DNA of 63,520 bases from a virus (Duplodnaviria > Caudoviricetes): IMG/VR virus record IMGVR_UViG_3300008954_000051, positions 1-63,520 of that record, one strand, 5' to 3'. Made by a program: the position numbers and the translations under genes. Under the pieces are notes generated by a model. That model did not search any database. It was given only the letters and a program-made list of their open reading frames with translations, and was not told where the DNA came from. Below are positions 49,769 to 58,668 of the stretch, piece by piece (the stretch's first letter is position 1; every line of letters starts with the position of its first letter).

Positions 49769-51460
49769 ATGGCAAAAACATTTACTAAATTCAGAAGTGA
49801 TCTTGACGAAGATATTTTAAGTCTCTTGGAAGATGATGAAACTGAACTCAAGGTTCAGGCTAAGACACCAGGTGTGGCTGCTAGTCTTCCTACGGACGAG
49901 GATGAATTGGAAGATGATGATTATGCCGAATGGGAAACCGTAGATGCAATTCCTCAGACATATGTTAGAGGTAAGAATGGTACAGTAACTCATCATGATG
50001 AGGGTGTGGGACAAAAAGGTGCAGAGATTCCAGAAGCCGAAATGGCAGAGGATTTAGATGAAGCCGATGAAATTTCGGAGGTACTTAATCAAGATGATAT
50101 ACATGAACCTGGGTCAAGGGCAAATCAAGACACCAAGACTCTTGAACTTAATGATAGAATTCGCCAACGTTCTCCGGAATACCGTAGGGAGCAGGCGGCC
50201 AAGAAGAAAAGGCGGGATGCTGAACGGGCCGCAGAGAAGGCCGATCCAGGAGGAATCAAACGAGGCAATGCTGAGAGACTTGCCAAGGCGAAGGCCGACG
50301 CGGCTCGCCGCAAGAAGGAGCGCCTAGCAGCAAAAAAGTCTGGTAAGGAAGTACCATCCCCTTATACTGCTCATGCTGGGACTGACCGGGCCCGCCCCGC
50401 TGCGCCGAGAAAATCTAGGGCCGGGCTGGCCAGCGACTACACCCCCGACAATCATGGGGAGGCTCTTGATGAGACAGATAGCCTGCACCCCGACGACCTA
50501 AAACGTGTTAACAAAACTCATCCAGGTAGCCCTCAATCTCGGGCCAAAACACGGGCCGAATATGATGCTCCACGGACCAGGGGTGATGTGGGGGACGATA
50601 TTAATAGAGCAAAAGAAATTAAACGCTTAAAAGCAGCACGAAGAGCCCGCGAGTTGGCATCTGATTACACCCCCGACCATGGGGAGACTCTCGGTGAAGA
50701 GGAAACCATCAATGAACTTTCCAAGAAGACATTGGCCAGCTATATTCAAAAGGCTGTCGGTGATATAGGTGTTAACAATCGAGTCAAAGGGCATCGAGGC
50801 GGGGTGAGTAGGGGAGTGGAAATGGCCACAGGCAAAACTGCTCCTAAGGGCCCAAGCAATAAAAGAATTAACCGAGAATTACTAAATCGTAACGCAGGGG
50901 TTGCTCAGGCTCTCAAAAAATTACTTAAACAAGGAGATGAGATCCTTGATCATGATGAAACATTTGCAGAAGCAAATGAGGTAATTTTCACCAAAAAAGA
51001 AAAAAAGGCCGCAGCCAAAAGAGCAAAAAAGAATAGAAAGACTCGGGCAGATAAAAGAAAGGCCAATGAACCTGATGATTCTGATTATGATAAGGGAAAT
51101 TATCCTGGATACTGGGGCCGCAAGCCAGATGGTTCACCTGCGGACGAAGATTATCACCCAAGCTTTAAAGAATTTCGAGATAGTTTTAAAGAAGAGCCTG
51201 TGTATGAAAATGTAATGGACAGCCTAAAGAAGATTGTTTCTAGGAATCAAAAATCAAGCCTGACCTTTGAGGATGGAACGGGAACTGATGTTGATCCAAA
51301 ACAGGCAACTAATATTTTGCAAGTATATGGTGCGCTTAGTAAAAATAATCAACCTAAAATGGCTGCTATGATAGCTAAAGATGGTGCGGGATTTTCTAAG
51401 GCATTAAGTTTCGCCCAATCTCATGATGGTGAGTCTCATCTCGCCACAACCGAACTTTAA
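49769..51460 (+). CDS. Putative prohead core / internal head polyprotein (gp68 position)
   Basis: Between the gp67-position gene and gp21; alternating acidic and K/R-rich blocks; INELSKKTLASYIQKA; folded-looking C-terminal KKIV...F.DG...VD..VY..L...NQ.KM domain. Confidence 0.65.
   Translation: MAKTFTKFRSDLDEDILSLLEDDETELKVQAKTPGVAASLPTDEDELEDDDYAEWETVDAIPQTYVRGKNGTVTHHDEGVGQKGAEIPEAEMAEDLDEADEISEVLNQDDIHEPGSRANQDTKTLELNDRIRQRSPEYRREQAAKKKRRDAERAAEKADPGGIKRGNAERLAKAKADAARRKKERLAAKKSGKEVPSPYTAHAGTDRARPAAPRKSRAGLASDYTPDNHGEALDETDSLHPDDLKRVNKTHPGSPQSRAKTRAEYDAPRTRGDVGDDINRAKEIKRLKAARRARELASDYTPDHGETLGEEETINELSKKTLASYIQKAVGDIGVNNRVKGHRGGVSRGVEMATGKTAPKGPSNKRINRELLNRNAGVAQALKKLLKQGDEILDHDETFAEANEVIFTKKEKKAAAKRAKKNRKTRADKRKANEPDDSDYDKGNYPGYWGRKPDGSPADEDYHPSFKEFRDSFKEEPVYENVMDSLKKIVSRNQKSSLTFEDGTGTDVDPKQATNILQVYGALSKNNQPKMAAMIAKDGAGFSKALSFAQSHDGESHLATTEL
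50426..50700 (+). repeat. Imperfect direct repeat of about 46 bp (LASDYTPD(N)HGE.L.E)
   Basis: 50426-50473 and 50654-50700 share TACACCCCCGAC, CATGGGGAG and CTCT. Confidence 0.85.
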
Positions 51461-51479
51461 ATTTTAGAGAGTATCCAAA

Positions 51480-52127
51480 ATGAAACTTATAACAGAACAT
51501 ATAGAAGACATCGAATATATCGTAGAAGAATCTGCCGGTGAAAAGAATCATTTCATCAAAGGGATTTTTATGCAAGCTGAACAGAAAAACCGAAATGGTC
51601 GAGTGTATCCTATATCCACTTTAAGAAAAGAAGTAAAGCGATATGGTGATACATATGTTAAAAATAATCGAGCATTTGGTGAACTTGGGCATCCAGATGG
51701 ACCAACTATTAATCTTGAACGAGTTTCACACATGATTACAAGCCTCGAAGAAGATGGCTATAACAACTTTATTGGCAAAGCAAAGGTTATGAATACGCCT
51801 AATGGAAATATTGTAAAGAATTTGATGAAAGAGGGCGCCAAGTTAGGTGTATCTTCACGCGGCATGGGTTCTTTAAAGTCCTTGGGGGGATCAAATATTG
51901 TACAAGATGATTTCTATCTTGCAACTGCCGCAGATATTGTTGCAGACCCTTCTGCTCCAAATGCATTCGTTGAAGGCATCATGGAAGGAAAGGAATGGGT
52001 CTGGGACAATGGACGTTTGAAAGAGCAGGAAATTTCCAATTATAAAAGAACAATTGACACCACACCTCAAAAGCAGTTAGAAGAGCGAAAGTTAGAAATT
52101 TTTAAGGATTTTCTTTCAAAATTATAA
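51480..52127 (+). CDS. gp21: Prohead protease gp21
   Basis: MKLITE, NRNGRVYP, GELGHP, GVSSRGMGS, DIVADPSAP. Confidence 0.97.
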   Translation: MKLITEHIEDIEYIVEESAGEKNHFIKGIFMQAEQKNRNGRVYPISTLRKEVKRYGDTYVKNNRAFGELGHPDGPTINLERVSHMITSLEEDGYNNFIGKAKVMNTPNGNIVKNLMKEGAKLGVSSRGMGSLKSLGGSNIVQDDFYLATAADIVADPSAPNAFVEGIMEGKEWVWDNGRLKEQEISNYKRTIDTTPQKQLEERKLEIFKDFLSKL

Positions 52128-52131
52128 AAAT

Positions 52132-52154
52132 GATAAATAGAGATAGAATAAATA
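52132..52154 (+). promoter_or_regulatory. Late promoter variants (GATAAATA, AATAAATA)
   Basis: Two ATAAATA cores in the intergenic region before gp22. Confidence 0.55.
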
Positions 52155-52176
52155 TCTCACTTTAGGAGAACTGAAC

Positions 52177-53409
52177 ATGGCAACTCAAACAGAAATCTTA
52201 CAAGAAGGGGAACTTGTTACTGAGGCGGGTGTGGCTACCCCCGGAAACTCTTCCTTTCCTAGAGAAGGCTCAACCCCAGGGAAAGCAAATGCTCCCAAGG
52301 CAAAGGCTAAGGTTGGACCACTTCCTCCTGTTACGACAGATCCTGAAGTGAGAAATAAGGATGCTGCTAAGGTTGCACATCAAACTAAAAAGGCCGCTGA
52401 GCCACAAGATGCCAAAAAGACTGGCGACCAAACAGCGGATAAGTTAAAAGAAGATGAAGATCATGATGGTGCCGAGTTGGTAGAGGGTGAAGATGTTCCT
52501 CTCACTAAAGCTGGCATGGCCATGGCCATTTTCGACGCACTACGCGAAATGGATAAAGATGATTTGGAAGCTTCTTTTGGTAATATTGTAAATGCTATCT
52601 ACGAGCAGCCAGAAGAAGAAGAAGATATTGATGTTTCTGAAATCGAAGAAGAGGTTGCTGAAGATCGACAGCCACGATATATTTCAGCCGAAGATATTGA
52701 CCTTTCTGATGATTTAGGTGCAATGACACAAGACGAAGACCTGTCGGAAGAGTTTAAGGGTAAGGCTAAAATCATTTTTGAAAGTGCTGTTGTTGCTAAG
52801 GTTAATGAAGAGATTGATCGACTTGAGGAAGATTATCGAGCAGAGTTGGTTGAGGCCATTCAAACAATTTCTGAAGATCTTTCAAAGAAGGCCGATGATT
52901 ATCTGACTTATGTAGTCAAGGAATGGATGGAAGAAAATGAATTGGCTGTTGAACGCGGTCTCAAGACTGAGGTTACAGAAGATTTCATTCAAGGGCTAAA
53001 GGATTTGTTCCAAGAACATTATATCGATCTTCCTGAAGAACAAGTAAATGTTGCAGAGGCTTTGGCTGATAAGGTAGATACTCTAGAAGCCGCTCTAAAC
53101 GAAGCCATTGAATCTAACATTGAACTCAATAACGGACTTAGCGATTATAAGAAATTTGATGTGTTAGCAGACCTTTCTGATGGTTTGGCTGATACTGAAA
53201 TTGAAAAACTCCGCAGTCTTGCTGAAGGGGTTGAGTATGAAGACGAAGATCAATATACAGCGAATTTACTGACCATACGAGATAATTATTTTCCAAAAGC
53301 GCCGCGAGAAAGTATCGAAGAGACAGTCGAGGAAGGTGGTCTTCTAAATGAAGATATTTCCCCAGTTATGGCTGCCTATTCAAATGCACTAAAAAGAACT
53401 ACCAAATAA
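52177..53409 (+). CDS. gp22: Prohead scaffold protein gp22
   Basis: LSEEFKGKAKIIFESAV, DDYLTYVV.EWMEENELAVE.GLK.E..E.F, MAAY C-terminus. Confidence 0.95.
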   Translation: MATQTEILQEGELVTEAGVATPGNSSFPREGSTPGKANAPKAKAKVGPLPPVTTDPEVRNKDAAKVAHQTKKAAEPQDAKKTGDQTADKLKEDEDHDGAELVEGEDVPLTKAGMAMAIFDALREMDKDDLEASFGNIVNAIYEQPEEEEDIDVSEIEEEVAEDRQPRYISAEDIDLSDDLGAMTQDEDLSEEFKGKAKIIFESAVVAKVNEEIDRLEEDYRAELVEAIQTISEDLSKKADDYLTYVVKEWMEENELAVERGLKTEVTEDFIQGLKDLFQEHYIDLPEEQVNVAEALADKVDTLEAALNEAIESNIELNNGLSDYKKFDVLADLSDGLADTEIEKLRSLAEGVEYEDEDQYTANLLTIRDNYFPKAPRESIEETVEEGGLLNEDISPVMAAYSNALKRTTK

Positions 53410-53440
53410 ATAGGTATCACAAACAAGGAGAAACAAATAA

Positions 53441-54838
53441 ATGCTTCTTTCTGAAGAACTTCAAAAGAAATGGCAGCCAGTTCTCGACCATGAGTCTCAA
53501 GAGCCGATTACAGACCCACTAAAGAGATCCGTGACTGCTACCCTCCTCGAAAACCAGGAGCAGGCTCTTCTATCCGGTCAGGCCGGTGAAGGGCGTGGTC
53601 TTCTTTCCGAGTCCCCCATAAACGTAACCGGCGGCTCTACAGATGCTGGTGTTGGTGTTGATAACTACGATCCCGTTCTTATCAGCCTAGTTCGACGCGC
53701 AATGCCTAATCTTATTGCGTATGACATTTGTGGTGTGCAGCCAATGACAGGCCCAACCGGCCTCATCTTTGCAATGCGTGCCTCTTATGCAAATAGCACA
53801 CTTCGTGATCCGGGCGACACCAATGCTGGTGGCTTTGGTCCTGGTGCTGATCCAAACTCAGGTCCATCAAGCGGTAAGCCCCATGAAGCTCTATACTGGG
53901 AAGCCAACACGGCCTTCTCTGGTGCTGGAACTCAGACTGGCCAGGCTGCTAATGCTGCTAGTTCAACTACTGGTACTAGTATGTCCACATCTAGTGCAGA
54001 GACCCTAACTGGTGATGCATTTCCTCAGATGGGCTTCGTCATCGACAAGGTGTCTGTTACTGCTGGTTCCCGCGCACTCAAGGCTGAATACAGCATTGAG
54101 CTTGCACAAGACTTGAAGGCAATTCATGGTCTTGATGCAGAGACTGAGCTTGCGAACATTCTTTCGGCTGAAATTCTTTCAGAAATCAACCGTGAAGTTG
54201 TTCGTACTGTTGTTGTTACTGCGAAGCAAGGTGGCCAGCAAGGTCTTGCTACAGATGGGATCTTTAACCTTGACGTTGATGCAAATGGTCGTTGGAGTGT
54301 TGAGAAGTTCAAGGGCCTCATGTTCCAGATTGAACGTGAAGCAAACCAAATTGCTAAGGACACTCGTCGCGGCAAGGGGAACATCATTATTTGTTCCTCA
54401 GATGTTGCGTCTGCTCTCAGCATGACTGGTTCGCTTGATCATGCTCCAGCACTCAAGGACAACTTGAACGTTGATGATACTGGCAATACCTTTGCTGGTG
54501 TTCTAAACGGCAAGTATAAGGTCTATATTGACCCCTATCACAATGGTGGTTCGGTAGACACAACCTTAGGTCACGTTGACTATGCTGTTGTTGGTTATCG
54601 TGGGTCTTCGGCCTATGATGCTGGTCTGTTCTATTGCCCATATGTTCCGCTCCAGATGGTGCGTGCAGTTGGCGAGAACGACTTCCAGCCAAAGATCGGA
54701 TTCAAGACTCGGTACGGCCTTGTCAACAATCCTTTCGCAACCACGAACGGCCTAGGTGTAATTGACACCTCGGGCCCCGTCACGGCGGCCGATCAGAATG
54801 TTTACTATCGTAGACTTTTGATCACAAACCTACTCTAA
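53441..54838 (+). CDS. gp23: Major capsid protein gp23
   Basis: KWQPVL, DPVLISLVRRAMPNLIAYDICGVQPMTGPTGLIFAMR, ELAQDLKAIHGLDAE, YCPYVPLQM, FQPKIGFKTRYG. Confidence 0.98.
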   Translation: MLLSEELQKKWQPVLDHESQEPITDPLKRSVTATLLENQEQALLSGQAGEGRGLLSESPINVTGGSTDAGVGVDNYDPVLISLVRRAMPNLIAYDICGVQPMTGPTGLIFAMRASYANSTLRDPGDTNAGGFGPGADPNSGPSSGKPHEALYWEANTAFSGAGTQTGQAANAASSTTGTSMSTSSAETLTGDAFPQMGFVIDKVSVTAGSRALKAEYSIELAQDLKAIHGLDAETELANILSAEILSEINREVVRTVVVTAKQGGQQGLATDGIFNLDVDANGRWSVEKFKGLMFQIEREANQIAKDTRRGKGNIIICSSDVASALSMTGSLDHAPALKDNLNVDDTGNTFAGVLNGKYKVYIDPYHNGGSVDTTLGHVDYAVVGYRGSSAYDAGLFYCPYVPLQMVRAVGENDFQPKIGFKTRYGLVNNPFATTNGLGVIDTSGPVTAADQNVYYRRLLITNLL

Positions 54839-54858
54839 TACAGTAAGTTTGTCGCAAT

Positions 54859-54895
54859 AAAAAAAGGGCATCCTCTTCGGGGGGTGCCCTTTTTT
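54859..54895 (+). terminator. Rho-independent terminator after gp23
   Basis: A7-GGGCATCCTC-TTCG-GGGGGTGCCC-T6: 10-bp stem with two G-U pairs and a C(UUCG)G tetraloop. Confidence 0.95.
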
Positions 54896-54905
54896 AGGTT
54901 TGTGT

Positions 54906-54913
54906 TATAAATA
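54906..54913 (+). promoter_or_regulatory. T4-type late promoter
   Basis: Exact TATAAATA after the terminator, before gp3. Confidence 0.85.
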
Positions 54914-54931
54914 TAGATATAAGGAGATATT

Positions 54932-55441
54932 ATGCCAGAGCCGACTAATAAAAATTTTCTATCCCCCGTTGGATTTAGATTTTCAATCGAACGCTTACCT
55001 CATGTCAATTGGTTTGCTCAATCCACAAATTTACCTGGAGTCACTTTAGGTAGAATTGATATGCCGACCCCTTTTGTCGATGTAAATGTTCCAGGAGATA
55101 AGTTAGATTTTGAAGATCTAAACATTAGATTTAAAGTAGACGAAGACTTGAAAAATTGGGAAGAAATTCAAAAGTGGATTTTTGGTTTAGGTTTTCCTGA
55201 AAGCTTCGATCAGTATGACAATTTGATTGATTCTGCCCGACCGGGTCAAGATGCAAGATATTCTGATGCCACAATGCATATCTTAAATAGCAACATGAAT
55301 CTAAATTATGAGGTACACTTTAGAGATTTATATCCAACCTCTGTATCATCTTTACAGTTTGATTCTACCGTTAGTGATATTGATTATGTTACTGCGGATG
55401 CTACCTTTCGTTATCTTTTATATGAATATAAAAAGGTATGA
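54932..55441 (+). CDS. gp3: Tail tube terminator/completion protein gp3
   Basis: NFLSPVGFRF, NLPG..LG, PGDKL.F..L...F.VDED..N..EI..W, SDAT..ILNS. Confidence 0.92.
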   Translation: MPEPTNKNFLSPVGFRFSIERLPHVNWFAQSTNLPGVTLGRIDMPTPFVDVNVPGDKLDFEDLNIRFKVDEDLKNWEEIQKWIFGLGFPESFDQYDNLIDSARPGQDARYSDATMHILNSNMNLNYEVHFRDLYPTSVSSLQFDSTVSDIDYVTADATFRYLLYEYKKV

Positions 55442-55453
55442 TTCGTTTTCCCC

Positions 55454-55481
55454 TTGACAAAGTGTGATTTCGTGCTATAAT
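55454..55481 (+). promoter_or_regulatory. Consensus sigma70 (early/middle) promoter upstream of uvsY
   Basis: TTGACA (55454-59), 16-nt spacer, TATAAT (55476-81) with extended TG. Confidence 0.85.
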
Positions 55482-55512
55482 AAGTATAATTATATCATTG
55501 GAGCGGTGCAAT

Positions 55513-55956
55513 ATGAAGATGGAAGAAATTGAAGAGGCATGGTCTAACGATTGTGGTATGGATGATACTGAACTAGATATGGAATCTATTAAGATTCCTC
55601 AGTTGCACAATAAGTATCTTAAAATCTATAACCGTGAAAATATTCTGCTTCGCAAAATGAAATACTCCCATAAACAATTGGAGCGAGATAAGTTTGAATA
55701 CTATTCGGGTAAAATGGATCAATCTGAGTTGGAAGATCGCGACTGGAAACAATTTGACCATCGCCTTCTAAAGCAAGATGTTCCTAGGTATATGGAAAGT
55801 GATGTTGATTTGATCAACGTTTTAATTAAGCTCGATCAACAACAAAGTAAAGTTGATTATCTTAAAGCTATTATATCATCAATCAATAACCGAAGCTTTA
55901 ACATCAATAATGCTATTAAGTGGCGCCAATTTATAAACGGAATAGGTCAACTGTAA
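55513..55956 (+). CDS. uvsY: Recombination mediator UvsY
   Basis: W..DC..D..ELD.ES.KIPQLH.KYL, EYYSGK, R.F.I.NAI.W..F..G. Confidence 0.92.
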   Translation: MKMEEIEEAWSNDCGMDDTELDMESIKIPQLHNKYLKIYNRENILLRKMKYSHKQLERDKFEYYSGKMDQSELEDRDWKQFDHRLLKQDVPRYMESDVDLINVLIKLDQQQSKVDYLKAIISSINNRSFNINNAIKWRQFINGIGQL

Positions 55957-56005
55957 AACATCTACATTATATGTAGTATAACGCAAGCAGTAGAAAGTTA
56001 TCCAA

Positions 56006-57514
56006 TTGAGCAGCGAGCTATTATCGTCGCACAATCTTAGAGAGACTTTAATTATATCACAAGAAAGTTCCGCATATATTACTCTTGATGCTGAACCCCA
56101 TATAATTAAAGAAATGTCGGAACATTTTACTTTTTATGTTCCTGGCTATAAATTTATGCCTGCATATAGAAATCGCACTTGGGACGGAAAAATACGATTA
56201 CTTGATACTCGAAAGAGAAGAATATATGCAGGGCTATTAAAATATATCGAAAAATTTTGTGAAGAGCGAGAATATAATGTTGTTATAGATCACACCACAA
56301 TAAAGGGTGATGTTGAGTTTTCGTTAAAGGAAGCACAAGATTTTATTAACACGTTGAAGCTTCCGTTTTCAGTAGCAGAATGGCAACTTAAAGCCTTTGT
56401 TCATGCAGTTCGTAAAAAAAGATGCTTGCTTCTTTCTCCCACCGCATCTGGAAAATCTTTGATCATTTATCTTCTCATGAGATTTTATGAGAATAAGAAA
56501 AAGCTGATCATTGTTCCAACGACATCTCTTGTTGCACAAATGTATCATGATTTCGGTCATTATGGTGAACCAGAAGGATGGAAATCAGAAAATCATGTCC
56601 ATCAAATTATGGCAGGTCGAGAAAAGGAAACTGACAAGAACATTGTGGTTTCAACTTGGCAATCATTATTTCGTATGCCAAAAGAATATTTTGATCAATA
56701 TGATGTTGTTATTGGTGATGAGTGTCATTTGTTTAAGTCAAAATCCTTGACCACAATTATGACCAATATGACCAATGCCGAATATAGAATTGGAACGACA
56801 GGAACTTTAGATGATACGCAGACACACCAATTGGTTTTAGAGGGACTATTTGGTCTAGTAAAGGCTGTCACTACAACAAAAGACCTGATAGACAAACAAT
56901 TTTTATCTGCATTTGAGATTAAGGCTATAACACTATCTTATCCAGAAGAAATCCGAAAAGAACTTAGTAAAGGTAAATATCAAGATGAGGTTGATTTTCT
57001 TGTAACAGATACTAAAAGAAACAATTTCATTCGTAATTTAACCCTAAGCCTGAAGGGAAATACTCTGGTTCTTTTTCAATATGTAGAAAAGCATGGTAAG
57101 CCTCTTTTTGAAATAATTAAAGAACAGGCTGATCCTTCTAGAAAACTATTCTTCGTCTATGGTGGAACAGATGTGGAACAAAGAGAAAAGGTCCGAGCTA
57201 TTGTAGAATCTGAAAAAGATGCTATAATAGTAGCATCAAATGGGGTTTATTCTACCGGAGTGAATATTAAGAATTTACATAATATCATATTCACCCATCC
57301 TGGTAAGTCTAAAATACGAACCCTTCAGAGTATTGGTAGAGGATTAAGAAAAGGTGAAAATAAGATAGCTGCGGTATTATATGACATCGTGGATGATCTT
57401 TCATATAAAAAGCGTGCCAATTTCTCTGTTCGCCATTTTTCAGAAAGATTCAAATATTACAAGGCAGAAAAATTTTCTGTTAAAATTTATAAAGTAGATT
57501 TACTATATAAATAG
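56006..57514 (+). CDS. uvsW: DNA helicase UvsW
   Basis: FTFYVPGYKFMPAYR..WDGKIRL, SPTASGKS, DECH, STGVNI, QSIGRGLR; exact start (TTG) uncertain. Confidence 0.96.
   Translation: MSSELLSSHNLRETLIISQESSAYITLDAEPHIIKEMSEHFTFYVPGYKFMPAYRNRTWDGKIRLLDTRKRRIYAGLLKYIEKFCEEREYNVVIDHTTIKGDVEFSLKEAQDFINTLKLPFSVAEWQLKAFVHAVRKKRCLLLSPTASGKSLIIYLLMRFYENKKKLIIVPTTSLVAQMYHDFGHYGEPEGWKSENHVHQIMAGREKETDKNIVVSTWQSLFRMPKEYFDQYDVVIGDECHLFKSKSLTTIMTNMTNAEYRIGTTGTLDDTQTHQLVLEGLFGLVKAVTTTKDLIDKQFLSAFEIKAITLSYPEEIRKELSKGKYQDEVDFLVTDTKRNNFIRNLTLSLKGNTLVLFQYVEKHGKPLFEIIKEQADPSRKLFFVYGGTDVEQREKVRAIVESEKDAIIVASNGVYSTGVNIKNLHNIIFTHPGKSKIRTLQSIGRGLRKGENKIAAVLYDIVDDLSYKKRANFSVRHFSERFKYYKAEKFSVKIYKVDLLYK
57506..57513 (+). 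promoter_or_regulatory. T4-type late promoter overlapping the uvsW end
   Basis: Exact TATAAATA ending 18 nt before the next ATG. Confidence 0.65.
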
Positions 57515-57531
57515 AAAGAGAAGTGTAAACT

Positions 57532-58023
57532 ATGGAAAACACAACAGTCTCTTACAAATACCTGAAGTTGATTACTGGAGATGAACTAGTATCTGCGGTT
57601 CATGTTTCCGATGATAATCCTTCCACCCTTATGTTGGAGAGACCTTTAAGATTGATATTCATGCCTGATCATGCTTCTGGATCTTTATCCAGTTTTTATA
57701 TTTCCTTAGGACCGTGGATACCCTGTTCAGATGATATTCACTTTACCATCAAGAAGGATAATGTGTTGGTTATGTCTAATGTCAGTCCAGAGATGATTCG
57801 GCAATATAAGATCTCTAATAAGGATATTGGCGGTAAAATTGTAAGCCCTGAAGAATCTAAAAAAATGATTGATAAGGAAATGCTTGAGGCTGATGAAAGG
57901 ATTGTAAATTTGTTAGATGGTTTATCTCAACTAGAAGCGTTGTCTGATCTGGAAGACTATGATACCTCTACAGGAAAAACTTCATTCCCTCCAAGAAAAA
58001 AGGGCAAAAAACTTTTAAATTGA
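57532..58023 (+). CDS. Conserved hypothetical protein between uvsW and gp55 (Sm-like beta-barrel type)
   Basis: KLITGDELV...P..L...PWIP.S.D..F.I.K..V pattern. Confidence 0.65.
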   Translation: MENTTVSYKYLKLITGDELVSAVHVSDDNPSTLMLERPLRLIFMPDHASGSLSSFYISLGPWIPCSDDIHFTIKKDNVLVMSNVSPEMIRQYKISNKDIGGKIVSPEESKKMIDKEMLEADERIVNLLDGLSQLEALSDLEDYDTSTGKTSFPPRKKGKKLLN

Positions 58024-58045
58024 CACTATATAATGGTGCTATATT
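58020..58045 (+). promoter_or_regulatory. Possible sigma70-type promoter before gp55
   Basis: TTGACA 58020-25 and GTGCTATATT 58036-45, the same GTGCTATA as the uvsY promoter; spacer of only 14 nt is atypical. Confidence 0.4.
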
Positions 58046-58065
58046 GATTAGGATAAAATAATACA

Positions 58066-58632
58066 ATGGAAAAAACAAAATCTAATACTAAAGCTAAAGC
58101 CAATCATTATGTTGATAATACATTGTTTTTAGATGAAATGTTAAAGTTTAGAAATTCAGTTATTGAATCTAAGCTCAACAATACCGAAAGGCCTCAGGTT
58201 CCTAATTATGTTGGAGAATGCTTTCTGAAGATTGCAGAACATCTTTCATATAAACCCAATTTCATCAACTATACCTTCAGAGAAGAAATGATTTCAGATG
58301 GAATTGAAAATTGTTTACAGTATATTGATAACTTCGATCCCGAGAAATCTAGAAATCCCTTTGCATATTTTACTCAAATAATTTACTTTGCATTTTTGCG
58401 AAGGATCCAAAAAGAAAAGAAACAGCTTTATGTGAAGTATAAATCATTAGAAAGGTCTGGAATGATGGAAGGTATTATGGCTCAACAGGCGCCCGGCGGA
58501 GGAGATGAATTTCGTTTAGGTAAATATAACGACAGCATTTATTCCAATCTCTATGATTTTATCGAGGAGTTTGAAGCTAAAGCGACGGCCAATAAGAAAA
58601 AGGCGGCCGCAAAAAAGAAGCCAAAGGCATAG
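58066..58632 (+). CDS. gp55: Late-transcription sigma factor gp55
   Basis: HYVDN, CFLKIAEHLSYKPNFINYT, DGIENCLQY..NFDPEKS.NPFAYFTQI. Confidence 0.96.
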   Translation: MEKTKSNTKAKANHYVDNTLFLDEMLKFRNSVIESKLNNTERPQVPNYVGECFLKIAEHLSYKPNFINYTFREEMISDGIENCLQYIDNFDPEKSRNPFAYFTQIIYFAFLRRIQKEKKQLYVKYKSLERSGMMEGIMAQQAPGGGDEFRLGKYNDSIYSNLYDFIEEFEAKATANKKKAAAKKKPKA

Positions 58633-58668
58633 TTGATATAATAAACATAATGGAAGGAGCATCTTACG

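Noticed and set aside
55962-55976. Inverted repeat CTACAT-TAT-ATGTAG between uvsY and uvsW
   Set aside because: Only a 6-bp AT-rich stem, no U tract and a single copy; not enough to call an operator or terminator.
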